Assembly: GCA_002633005.1 (NCBI GenBank)
Contig: NMRA01000462.1
Coordinates: 41,594 to 105,593, forward strand
Direction of reading: 5' to 3'
DNA length: 64,000 bases
Source: Phoronis australis
Lineage: Eukaryota; Animalia; Phoronida
In this document: piece by piece, positions 41,001 through 50,540 of the stretch
Layout of the letters: each line of letters begins with the position of its first letter
Position numbering within the stretch: position 1 is the stretch's first letter
Program-made: the position numbers and the translations under genes
Notes under the pieces: generated by a model
Told to the model about the DNA's origin: nothing
Databases searched by the model: none
Seen by the model: only the letters and a program-made list of their open reading frames with translations

Positions 41001-41735
41001 ACATAACAGGTTCTCATTGCCCAAAATAAATGCTTCAACTTTTATCCATTTTGTCTTGCACAAAGAGATTTAAGCTCATGTATATCAATAAGCCACACCC
41101 CTATAATAAAAATGTTAGTCGAGTAGTCTAGAATTTTCCTGCCTAAACATGTACCCGTCATGCCACCCAACGGATTATGCAACAGAAGACTACAGTACCA
41201 ACTACACACAACCTGACGCCTGGGTCAAATCCTTTCCATTACAAAAACTTCGTATAAGGGGGCCATGCAATGATGATGTTAAAGAATATAGGTACCTGTT
41301 TTAAAAGCCACTATAAACCCTTCTGTCAAAAAATAACTCGATTTAGACTATTCATTCCTTACTCAAATTCGAGAAAATTTCACTGCTTGGACAGAATGGA
41401 GAGCAAATCATTGCAGGAGACTAGATTCGACAAGTCAGTCTGTCGCAGCAGGTAAAGCGGCAAGTATGGTCTCAACTAATAACAAATAGTTCTTTCTGAG
41501 ACTAGAAACCACATCCCATATGAGCAAAAAAACAAGGTCACTTCTATAGCAGCAAATCAAGTTTATTTTATAGTAGAAGGTGACAAAATGACCAACTCTT
41601 TACCTCGCTGTCGTCTGATTTTATGTTCGTTTCTGGTACACTATGACTGGATGCGCTTGTGTGCTTGGTTTCACCCGAACCAGCAGAAAAATCAAGCTTG
41701 GGTTTCTTCTTAAACAGATCTCGGATCTTGCTCAT
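23011..41735 (-). CDS. UIMC1: BRCA1-A complex subunit RAP80 / UIMC1-like, about 13 coding exons, about 843 aa
   Basis: Minus-strand exons: 41735-41604, 40855-40707 (weak GTTGAA donor, uncertain), 40311-40221, 39728-39597, 39230-39201, 34486-33697, 30810-30392, 29438-29324, 27615-27573, 27026-26927, 25752-25686, 24153-24114, 23434-23011 (TGA); phases close to 2532 nt. Motifs: SIM-like DDFQILDAD; UIM EEKEQICNALEESMKE across exons 3-4; ATQRIVQFFEVYRTCLRDTQTRLPTELAWGKPVV resembling the RAP80 Abraxas-interacting region; UBZ fingers CPKCQAYFTTAKIDSHVYQC and CVICQQQFPAGEDFLRHVNEC; C-terminal SPIRSFKSLSEIQNSTGIDYKNQF plus basic tail as in RAP80 (comparison from memory of the human protein). Small exons may be missed. 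Confidence 0.82.
23948..24091. repeat. Heptamer microsatellite (CACACAG/CACGCAA)n
   Basis: Alternating CACACAG and CACGCAA units; source of spurious ORFs 23861-24094 and 23947-24141. Confidence 0.9.
24566..24790. mobile_element. Partial pogo-like MITE end with repeated TTAA(C/G)CGCCC motifs
   Basis: TA|CCGTAAATGTTCGGGTTAACGCCC followed by about six (T)TAA(C/G)CGCCC subterminal repeats; matching other end not found. Confidence 0.5.
24821..24943. repeat. 31-bp minisatellite, 4 copies
   Basis: GGTCTGTGGAAATAATGAGCTATCAGTTCTT repeated. Confidence 0.92.
28065..28296. repeat. 76-bp tandem repeat, 3 near-identical copies
   Basis: TAACTATTTCTACTGTGCAG...GGAATTGTATAGCACT starting at 28065, 28141, 28217. 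Confidence 0.95.
29168..29249. repeat. Inverted repeat / hairpin with 30-bp arms
   Basis: ATAACGTGCCCGTATTTTGAGAACCAGTTT ... AAACTGGTTCTCAAAATCTGGGCACGTTAT (28/30 paired), 22-nt loop. Confidence 0.85.
31230..31792. repeat. 22-bp minisatellite (CACTATACGACCTAGTTTTGGT)n interrupted by a MITE
   Basis: Units on both sides of the 31283-31710 insertion; more units in the duplicate copy at about 32652-32800. Confidence 0.8.
31283..31710. mobile_element. Tc1/mariner (pogo/Tigger-like) MITE, TA target duplication
   Basis: TA|CCGTATTCGTCCTAA ... TTAGGGCGAATACAG|TA; inserted into a 22-bp tandem repeat; both ends homologous to 35582-36990. Confidence 0.75.
31403..33253. repeat. Apparent tandem duplication (31403-32243 vs 32343-33253) around N at 32342; probable uncollapsed haplotypes
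   Basis: Copies differ only by scattered SNPs/indels and are joined by a single N. Confidence 0.85.
35582..36990. mobile_element. Longer non-autonomous Tc1/mariner (pogo-like) element of the same family
   Basis: TA|CCGTATTCGCCGTAATAACCGCCC ... GGGCGGTTATTACGGCAAATACGG|TA, near-perfect 24-bp TIR; no transposase ORF. Confidence 0.8.
38179..38300 (+). mobile_element. tRNA-derived SINE head (degenerate)
   Basis: GGCCAGTTATCTAGCAGG...TTAGATCGCAACCGTGAGGGCTCCACGTTCGATTCC with B-box-like GTTCGATTCC; does not fold as a proper tRNA. Confidence 0.4.
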
Positions 41736-42515
41736 ATTGACCTACAAAATGAAATAATTGCAATATTAACTGGTACTTTGTTCAATTACCAGTAGTAATT
41801 GAGGTCTGCCTAGGAAACAAGTATGAAATTTACAGATGACTCTTGGCAATATCAGAAAGTTTTACTTTCATATCAAGGAAAGAAATCGGCGGCCACAATA
41901 CGGTTAGTTAATTTACCGCGCTGTAGTACATACAGCAACAGTGAGGTAGATTTCTAGGTTCTCCGAGATTTTCTTAGTTGTGTTCTTTAAAGATCAGTGA
42001 GAACATAATGGTTGCAGTGACAAGATTTATAAACAAAACAAAGGTGTCTTTAAAACAATCTGTAATATTTTCAATAAAATATGATAATGTAGAATATGCC
42101 AAAACATGATACTTCAGTTGCATGACTGGCACTGATCGGATAAAGCAGTCCTCGATTTAGAAGACAAGTTTCACCAACTGAATAACAAGCACATTATTCA
42201 GTGACTGCGTAGTTCTTCAAATTAGGCACAGCTACTTAAGACAAGTGGCAGCTTAAAGTGTAGTTTGCAAGGTCCAAGTATGTTAAATTGCAATAATATC
42301 TTCAAGGTATTGCTATTTGGACGTATTTTATTCAAATCATCGTATTATTGTATCTTTAGTTATTTAAAAAAAGCGAAAATAAGAAAATGCGCGAAAAGTT
42401 GACCTTTGACACCGTGACATGGTGTTGGGGAACACAAACCAGATCACATCCCACAATGCTATTATATCACAGTACACGAAGAACAAAGACCGTTCAACCT
42501 TGGCGTGCTTTAGCC

Positions 42516-42759
42516 ATGGTGCATCGGTGTGTGTGCTAACTATTTTAACACCACCCAGGTGGAAGGCATGAGCCCATTTAAATTCCGAAAAGACAAGCAT
42601 CTGGCAGCGTTATGGCAGGTTTTCGTGTGCTCTGCTAGTCTTTTGAAAATGACTGTCGAGACAGGCATCTGTCGGAGCCGAAATATGCTCCGACCATTTT
42701 GAGGACGGCTACTTTGACGACAAACACATCATGAAGGTTGAAGCTGGTCTTATAAAAAG
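42516..42759 (+). pseudogene. THAP zinc-finger exon of the Kolobok transposase (frameshifted)
   Basis: gccATGG start at 42516; across two frameshifts reads MVHRCV/ANYFNTTQVEGMSPFKFRKDKHLAALWQVFV.../AEICSDHFEDGYFDDKHIMKVEAGLIK, i.e. THAP C..C, F(P)KD...W, CSxHF pattern; ends at AG|GTAAGT donor. A strong acceptor ending at 43202 leads into degraded sequence (K*KENT...); catalytic domain not recognisable. Confidence 0.8.
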
Positions 42760-43579
42760 GTAAGTTTCCTTGAGAATTTTGATGTCTAATAATTCATGAC
42801 GCTTTCGCAGTGCCTGAACAATAACAATCTTTTTTCACAATCACCGCAGTTCTCAACTGTTTAAAATCTTTTGTTTTTCCGTGAAAGAATTAGTTATAAA
42901 TGGATCAGTAAAACTAAAAGCCACAACAAATAAACCTGCAAAAGATGCATGTATTTTGAAAAGAATGCAGACTATGAATAAAGTAAAACAGGACGGTAAG
43001 TCAATTCCAAGGTTTTGATTATTAAAGTAGTCTGTTTCAAAAAAAACAGGATTAAAATCTAGTTTTGGCATTTGCTTAAAGGTTATAAAAGAAGGCGAAA
43101 ACTTGCAATTAGATATCATCGTGTTTTACTTTAATCATGGACAACTCTGGATTCAAAATGTTTTTTTTTTTACTTTTGAATTGCCGCTGTTGTGCTTTTC
43201 AGAGTATGTAAATGAAAGGAGAACACCTTCCACTTAGTTCGGAACAAAAGAGAAGCTGGAGATCTTGAAATTTGCTTAGAAATTGATGCCCCTCCAATGC
43301 AGACTGCTGGTGCTCCAGATGTATCCAAGGAGGATGCCGTGGCACAGATAAATTCAGACTTGGTGCTTTGCCAATGGACAGCACTGGAATTTCTTTCCGT
43401 CACATATTTAACAGTCACTACCAATGTTTTAGATCAAATTTTTGATAGTGGTACAGATAGCAATGCCAGAGTGTTTATAGTACCAGTAGTGGAAACTGTG
43501 AAAAGCTTTTGTATGTGGTACTTGGCTGTCCCATTTGTATAGATAAACCCAGTGATATACTATGTTCTTATATTGAAAC

Positions 43580-43726
43580 TAGTGGCAGATTTAGAGGGGG
43601 GCGATGCCCCCTCTAAAATTCTCCCAGATTCCATTTGACTGTTTAGGGGTGCGAATGTCTGACGGGCAAAATCCTGGCTAATACCGTGCCCTGGACCCCT
43701 AACTCAAAATCCTGGATCCGCACCTG
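43580..43726. mobile_element. Small MITE (CAGTGGCGGATC-type TIR) nested in the Kolobok element
   Basis: TAGTGGCAGATTTAGAGGGGGG ... CCTGGATCCGCACCTG, flanked by GAAAC on both sides. Confidence 0.6.
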
Positions 43727-44827
43727 GAAACATTTCAATGGTTCTTCAATACAATGACTATAAATATTGCGGCATAGCTTTTTTAAGTATGTTTAATTTG
43801 CACTAAACTGTTGCTGTCCCATACAGTGGGTCAGTAAAGGAAGACTTTCTTAAGTGGGAGTGAAAAGGTACTTGTTTGGGTCGTCAGTCTTTTCGTGCGA
43901 CAATCTCATCTAAATTGTACACAGAATAATCACTTGCACAGAATTCGAACATTGTCTTGGGAATTTGTGAGTGAGTGGTATAAGCACTCCCTCCAGATTT
44001 CCCAATTCCTACTCATGTGCATACTTTTTGTGTTTTCACACCATGTCATAGACATCTAAAGCTATTGCATACTGGAGCTTTTGGGCTGAGATTCAGTGGT
44101 TGCTGTGTCGTGTTATTTGATTTCTCATTGAATTACAGTAGAACTCGCTAAGTTGTATCCAGTGAGACTGAGATATTTCATCAAAGTTAGAGTTATTTGG
44201 AGGCGTTACTGCGGAATTAATGCTAACCTTTCTAAAGTTCCCACTGAAGCGCTACCAATTTAGAGAGTTCTACTGTATAAGAAGAGGGCAGAAGATTCAG
44301 TCTCGACTTCAGACTATGGCCCAGATTCAAAACTTTTATTTTTTATGTAACCAGCCATACTGTTCAATGTGTTCGCTTCAAGCACACAAACTGGGCTCCA
44401 ATGAGACAAATTCTTCTGTTTACCTAGGTAAACTATAAGTTTAACTGATGTTGAGTTTAGAGGTTTATAATGTAGTCCTAGTTAAATTACACTTGTCATG
44501 ACCATGCTATCATTAGTAACCAGATTGATGAGCATCAATAAATGCTGCTCGCTGTGTCAATTATTTACCATTCTGAAAAAAAAGAAGTCTATTCATGGAA
44601 TGTCAACTTCAATTTCATGCCGCTGAGGTTGCACTGCGATTGCATTCGTTTATTACGATGTTTGATCTTTCTATGGAATTTGTCACTACAACTTTTTGCA
44701 ACTCGTTTGAATTACATAAAACTAGTCCCCGAGTCACAAGTTTTTATAACAGAATACATAGGTCATGTGGAGGAGTTGGAATTCCAGGGCTAAGACAACT
44801 GTTGATTTCTACAAATGGGTGAAACTT

Positions 44828-46787
44828 TTAAGAAAATCCTTGGAACTCAAAGTCTTCCTCATTTCCTGGCGGAGGGCAGAAAGCTCTGATGCAGGCTACT
44901 ACGCATGCTGGAATGACAACACGGACTGTTCGTCCTAAGTGACCGTGTACCCATCTTTGGAACTGTCTGTAGGCCACGTGTCAAATCCATTTATCCAAGG
45001 GTCTGTCATAGCCATCAGGATATTGGCTTTTGTACTGCAACCATGCAGTATGCAGTCTCCAAAACACCACGATTGATGTATACAGGTTTAAACCCCCATG
45101 CTCCACAATACATTTTTTCTTCTGTGTTAGTCGTCACGCTTCATTTCTTCATCAAGTTTTGCAACAACCTTGTCAACTTCTTGGCAACATACTCTTTCTT
45201 CAACAACTGAGGTTGTCTGACAGTTGCCCCAGGTGCACCTGCAAGATGTGTCAACAATAAAACATTATTTCAGTAAACGTCAAAATTTCGAATTGAAAAA
45301 TTTACAAAGAGTGCCTCTACCAAATTGAGGGGTCTGCATACGACTTCAGTTTTCAGAAAAATTGGTTGGAACACCACAACCTATTTATTTTTTGTACAAA
45401 TTGATCATATATAGTAAAGATATTTACTTTTCATACAAATGAATAGTGCTACACCCAAGGCAGTGGTAGATCATGCCCGGGGGATATAGTAATGGACATC
45501 AGTTGTTTGATTTTTTACCTGACTCTAAGAAAAAAGGTAGTTGCCCCGATGCATTGATGGAGGGGACTGTTTTGTATGTAGTCGTAAGACCTGTTCTCCC
45601 AATCTGAATCCTATCAGCACCCACATACCATTAATCAAACTAGACAATGACAATGGGGCAAACCAACTTGAAAAGCAGTGTTGCCACTCAAAGGGTCGCC
45701 CATATTTTAAATATTACCGTATACATTAAAACTTCTTGATATGCAATATGGGCAATCACCAATCCAATGGTATGCTCTCTTTACTCAAAAGAAACTTTAC
45801 CAGGCGGTTCCTACCCAAATTGACTCGTAACCAAGCCATGTACCATATTTCATTTATAAATAATGGTAACATTGGGTCAATGTACATCGACATGAAATGG
45901 TTGTTTCCATTTCAAGCATCGCCTTCCAAAATAAAACTGTTTTGGAACACATGTGTAGATTGATATAGGTCCGAGTTGACTTGACTACGAAAATGAAATG
46001 ACTTGTTCTATAACCTATAGAATTATGCCCTCCCCCAGCACCAAGGTGAGAAAGTCTAAATTATAAAATTGCAATTCTTTCATCCTCTTCTTTACAATTC
46101 ACAGTCGATTATTCCAAAGTGGTTCTCATTCATTCCCTTGCATACATTTATTCACTCACTAGTAACACCCCGCTCAGTCTCGGAGAAGTAAGAGACAATT
46201 TTGTTCAATGCTCAATTGCATGCCAGTGAAAGCCAGGATTCGAACCTGAGTCTCACTAGCTCAAACCACAGAGCCACACTGTCTACAAATAATCAGAGAC
46301 CTAACACTTTTTGAGTGATTTGCTATAATGCAAAAAAATCCCAGTTTTATCACTGAAACTGGTATTTATCCATGGCTGAAACACGATTTACCAATGGGGA
46401 CATAGGCGCCTGGGACTGACTGGTAAAGCACCTACTTTTGAATTAAAAAAGACCAAGTTATAATTCGCGGTTGTAGGATACATATTGTTAATATTCTTAC
46501 CAATTACTAACATCTAATCGCAACTCCTGCGCACCTTCAGCCTGTTGACGTTCACAGGACGAACCCGCTGGGAGTGAGTCTTCGGCGACCAGAGAAAGGG
46601 CCGTGAAAGGGATCGAGGGAGAACGGCTCCACTACAGAAAAGCTGTGAACACATATTGTTCCTCTGGGATCTGTCACCTCCACCTCCTCGTCCGAAAGGT
46701 CGGAATCATCTGAAAAGTCCACCTGTCCGTCCCTGTATCGTTCAAAGTATTCCTCATCTACGCTGCTGTACTCACTTGGACACACAT
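44828..46787 (-). pseudogene. KolX / P2X7 C-terminal ballast-like (Cys-rich) accessory gene of the transposon, 2 exons, disrupted
   Basis: Exon 1 46787-46501 (acidic DFSDDSDLSDEE, VEPFSLDP, ...ELRLDVSN-W, donor TG|GTAAGA); exon 2 45238-44828: CTWGNCQTTSVVEERVCCQEVDKV...KCIVEHGG/KPVYINRGVLETA/WLQYKSQYPDGYDRPLDKWI*HVAYRQFQRWVHGHLGRTVRVVIPACVVACIRAFCPPPGNEEDFEFQGFS*. Lesions include frameshifts, TAA at 45127-45129, a 7-bp duplication at 45043-45056 and TGA at 44981-44983. Confidence 0.88.
46150..46285 (-). mobile_element. SINE-like fragment in the KolX intron
   Basis: GCCAGGATTCGAACCTG (reverse-complement B-box); related CCAGT(G/A)AAAGCCAGGATTC segment also at about 15440-15510. Confidence 0.4.
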
Positions 46788-47599
46788 TGCTTCCTTTGTG
46801 TTCCCCAACACCACGTCACAGATGTGTAACGAACGAAAATGGCGCCGTTTCTATTCTCCGTTACAACGATGGCGTTACAACACCACGGCACTAAATATGT
46901 AAATAACTTTGTATAGCGGCGTACAATTCAGTTAATGTTAAGAATATAGCAATGATAATTATAGACTACAATTTAGACCATATTGTTGTTCAGATTGGTT
47001 TGAACCTTGCAATTTCCTCTTTAAATGTTTTCTAGACTCCAATATTATTCACTGTTGACTGCCAAGATAAGAAAACTATGCTTCCCTTGATGACGAGAAT
47101 ACAAAAAAAGACGATTGATAAAAGAGTCAGCAGTAAGCAGAAATATCAACATTTCAGACAAATGTCTTATTCCCCACCAGGTACATCAAATGCAGTCCCG
47201 TTATCCCCAGGCCCAGGTTGGTGGAGGAGTGCCGACGGTGCAGGTTATCGGCCATGAAAGCGACGATCAGGAAGTTTTGGTGGGTAGTCACCCTTTGATC
47301 CGCCCGGCGACAGAAAGCGCCAGTGCAGGCCGCGCAACGATCAGGAAGTTACGGCGGGGTTCCATCAAACAAAATGTGTCGATTACATAGACATATTTGA
47401 AAATGTGCGTTTGCAGAGAGAGAGAGGGAGAGAAACTCTTTTATTTAATAATACAATGATTAAAAAGAGGCGAAAGAGTCATGTTTTTTTTCTGGAACAG
47501 GCCTGTTTTTAACAACATTTCTTAGGGATTGCGAATGCTTGTGAAGGGAACAGAACAGAGGACAGTTATGTTATAGTCCAGATATGCGTTGAAATAACC

Positions 47600-47960
47600 G
47601 TAAATTACCACATTCCAAATGTCTTTGAAAACCGCTCTTCGCGAGAAACCAAGGCAAAGGTAAGGAAAGCTAGAACACGTGAATAGCAAATTTGGTTTCT
47701 GACTGGCTGGGACGATCGATGGGACACGACTTTTTAAATATTTAATGCCTCGCTCTTCAGCCACTGCAGTTTGCACTAAAACTCCGACTTCAGCTTACGC
47801 TCAAGTAGCAATTTCTAGACCTGCTACATACCACGACAAGATGCAGAGCACGATTTCGTTTAGTCAGCAACTCATTTGGTTCGTGTTGCAGAAATCACAA
47901 ATGGCGGGAGTCAAATATCGTGAATTGTCGTGCATTTCCGTAGTTCATTTTAGACTATTC
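47600..47960. promoter_or_regulatory. CpG-containing promoter-like region upstream of the TBC1D-like gene
   Basis: Locally CpG-rich; TCGCGAGA element near 47640 and YY1-like AAATGGCGG near 47899. Motif-level evidence only. Confidence 0.35.
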
Positions 47961-48526
47961 GTAGCAAATAAACTTGTTTTAGAGCAATGAACAACATTTA
48001 TTCGATACACGAAAATACAGCATACAGAAACATATGAACGAAAGTCTTGAAAATCTAAAATAGTCTGTTGTTCTCTTGAATGTTCACAACCAAATACTCT
48101 TTGCTAATTCTGTTATAATTATTAAAAACTGTCATTAAAACATCAAAATATCATCAAAATAATTCAAAATTTATTTTTATTATCACTAAACGATTAATTT
48201 AGGTTAGTAAAAAACATTTATATCATATTTAAAATGTATTTGGTTTGTTTTCAACCAATAAGCGCTCACTTTACTTTTTCCGCCCTATTCATTTGCATAA
48301 GAGTACAAACTTTGGAACAGATGATCGGGAAGACCGAGGAAATTCCAGCTTTTGGGCCTTCGTGGTCATCTCGTTTTATCATCTTTGTAACCAGAGGGAC
48401 GTGGAATCTTCTCTAGAATTCAAAACTACTAAAGGAATGTTGACATTATTTCTAGAGTCACTTAATCATGTTGGACAAGCGACGAATAATTTGCCGTCAA
48501 ACAGTTCTTAGTATAATTCGTTTACA

Positions 48527-49863
48527 ATGGGCAAAACTCAAAGGCAGAGTCCAAGTTTAATCACAGTCATGAACGATGCACACAACTCTCCGGAGTTAGG
48601 TGTCACTCGACCTTTAAGTAACAGCGACGACAGCGTAGAAGTTGTCTTCTCCACTTTTGAAGATGTGGAGCAAATCAAAAACAGGATGAGAGATGTTGTG
48701 GTTGAACTTGAAGTAAACAGTTCCAAAGATTTGTCAAGACTGTCAAGTTCGGACTCAAATTCTCCTAATACTGACTTGGTTGTGCAACGATTGGAAATGT
48801 CATCCAGCCTACCGAACCTTTCAGTAATAGCTGAGAAGGGCAGTGAAATACTCAACAAATTAAGTCAAAAGATAATATCAACTAGTGCGGCAGATGTTAG
48901 AAAACCAGTTTCCTTAGCTGCCAAGGAAGAGACGCAGCCAACTCTATGTTCTTGCGGTCTCACTAGTTCCATGAATGATGAAACACAAAATGGATGTAGG
49001 GAGTGTATTTGTTTTTCTGCTGAAAGAAAATGTAGGGCGTCTGACCCCTTGGACCCAGTGCCAAGTGCTGATTGTGCACAGTACATGGTAACTGTAACTA
49101 GTCAACATACCAAAGTGCATAATGTCTATCAAGTTTCGAACAGCAATGCTTCGCCTGTTGTTGTCAGTATAGATGCGAATAATTCAAAGCTGTCCACTGT
49201 TCTAGAACATATGCCTCTGGTGTATTTACCAAAGACGAAACAGTTGATTCAACGCACTGAAAACTGCGAAAAATTAGCCATTCCTTGCAATGTCTTACAG
49301 CCCAACTCGGCTAGTGAAACATTGTCGCAGGTTTCTGATGAACTATCAACTGAAAGTACTGTGGTGTTGTCATCAAATGAAGACTGTGATAAACAATCAG
49401 AGCTCAGCGTTGTGAATACTAGTTTCGATAGTGCTTCTACAATACTTGATATTAGCATTTCAAGTTCCACTGCATTGCTTGATGAAAAGGAGGATGGCAA
49501 AGACAGTGTGAATCCTGATGTTGGAGACAAAACTGATAGCCCAGTGTCTACATTACCTCGAACCACTACAGGTGGCTCTTTGGTACAAACGGACACCAGT
49601 TCCTATTCTAGTGTATCCAGTCTGAGCCTTGGCAATGGAGAGTTGTCGGCGAATGCTTCTATCAGTGACGAGTACAACTTAGAAGTAAGAAATGTGCCAA
49701 GCAATGAAGTTGATGAAGGCGGTTTCATGGACGTGAACCTTGACGGGAGGAACTCGTTTGAGAAGTGTCGAAATCCTTCTCAGGACAGTGGAATAGCCGT
49801 CGCTCATGACAGTTCTGGTGCTACGCCCAAACGGAAGACGGGTCTGTCTGGGTTCTTTGCTAG
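48527..49863 (+). CDS. First large coding exon of a probable TBC1D12/TBC1D14-like Rab GTPase-activating protein (partial; remainder not found in window)
   Basis: 1337-nt open exon from ATG 48527 ending at AG|GTAAGG donor (phase 2). Ser/Thr/acidic low-complexity N-terminus ending SQDSGI...KRKTGLSGFFAR, reminiscent of the DSGI and FFxR segments upstream of the TBC domain in TBC1D12/14. No TBC domain is visible in the window, so the identity is inferred. Confidence 0.6.
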
Positions 49864-50125
49864 GTAAGGCCGACGTATATCAGATCTGCATTCAATTTCA
49901 CATTGTTTGATACTGGTTTGATGCTTTTGCCATTATTTAGTGAAAACTGGTTCCCGGTAGCCATTTTGAAGAGGGACCCGTTTACTTGACTTTTACCTTA
50001 TATACCTGCCTTCCATCACACTAAACAACTTTTGATTTAGACCACTTAACGTTACGAAATTAGTCGCAAATTGTTACTGTGCTTGGAAACTTATAGTTTG
50101 TTACTGCTCTAAAATGGGCTCTTTA

Positions 50126-50540
50126 GTGCCGTTTACACTACAAAAGTTGACACCAATTAGCTGACACGGAACGGGATGTTTAGCGCAAGTAAACAGACTG
50201 ACCTCCAGGAGCAAGTTGACACCGGGGTGACAACTTTTGCCACCCGTTTGTTAGGTAGAGCAGTTTGTGCTCGATCATCTTGTCAATTATATGTCTAAAC
50301 GTGAAACTGGGGTAAGGTGGAAAGGATCACCTCTACTGCACTTTTGCAATGACCTACAAACGGGTTCTCTGTCTCTGCAACTCCTGTCATTTGTAAACCT
50401 GTGCATGTGCGTTCCACTTTCCAGCTTACAACTTTCGTCTTGCCACAGTTAGTGAGTTGTTTGTTTAAACGGCTGCTTGACACCGATCAGTTTGTTCCAT
50501 GTCAGTTGCGCGGGGCCAAAAGTTGATGTCTAAACGAGAC
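50126..50540. mobile_element. PIF/Harbinger-like MITE (copy 1)
   Basis: TTA|GTGCCGTTTACAC ... GTCTAAACGAGAC|TTA: 3-bp TTA duplication, imperfect TIR; colinear diverged copy at 53705-54127. Confidence 0.7.

Larger units (their letters stand above)
42257..47020. mobile_element. Decayed Kolobok-superfamily DNA transposon (4764 bp) with two convergent pseudogenes
   Basis: TTAA at 42253-42256 and 47021-47024; termini AG...CT; imperfect 21-bp TIRs AGTGTAGTTTGCAAGGTCCAA (42257-42277) vs reverse complement of 47000-47020 AGAGGAAATTGCAAGGTTCAA (16/21); subterminal inverted 25-mer at 42414-42438 and 46795-46819; internal THAP and KolX-like coding remnants. Confidence 0.85.

Noticed and set aside
23011-41735. 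SLX4 or RAD18 identity for the minus-strand UBZ gene
   Set aside because: No BTB, SAP or RING domain seen; the AIR-like segment and C-terminal SPxxSFxSxSE...D(Y/F)KxQ fit RAP80.
43800-44800. Catalytic DDD/E transposase remnants (e.g. LHTGAFG near 44066)
   Set aside because: Too degraded to support by eye; needs TBLASTN with an intact Kolobok transposase.
44981-44983. In-frame TGA in KolX as selenocysteine/readthrough
   Set aside because: It occupies a conserved Arg position (CGA to TGA, CpG decay) and the gene has several other frameshifts and stops.
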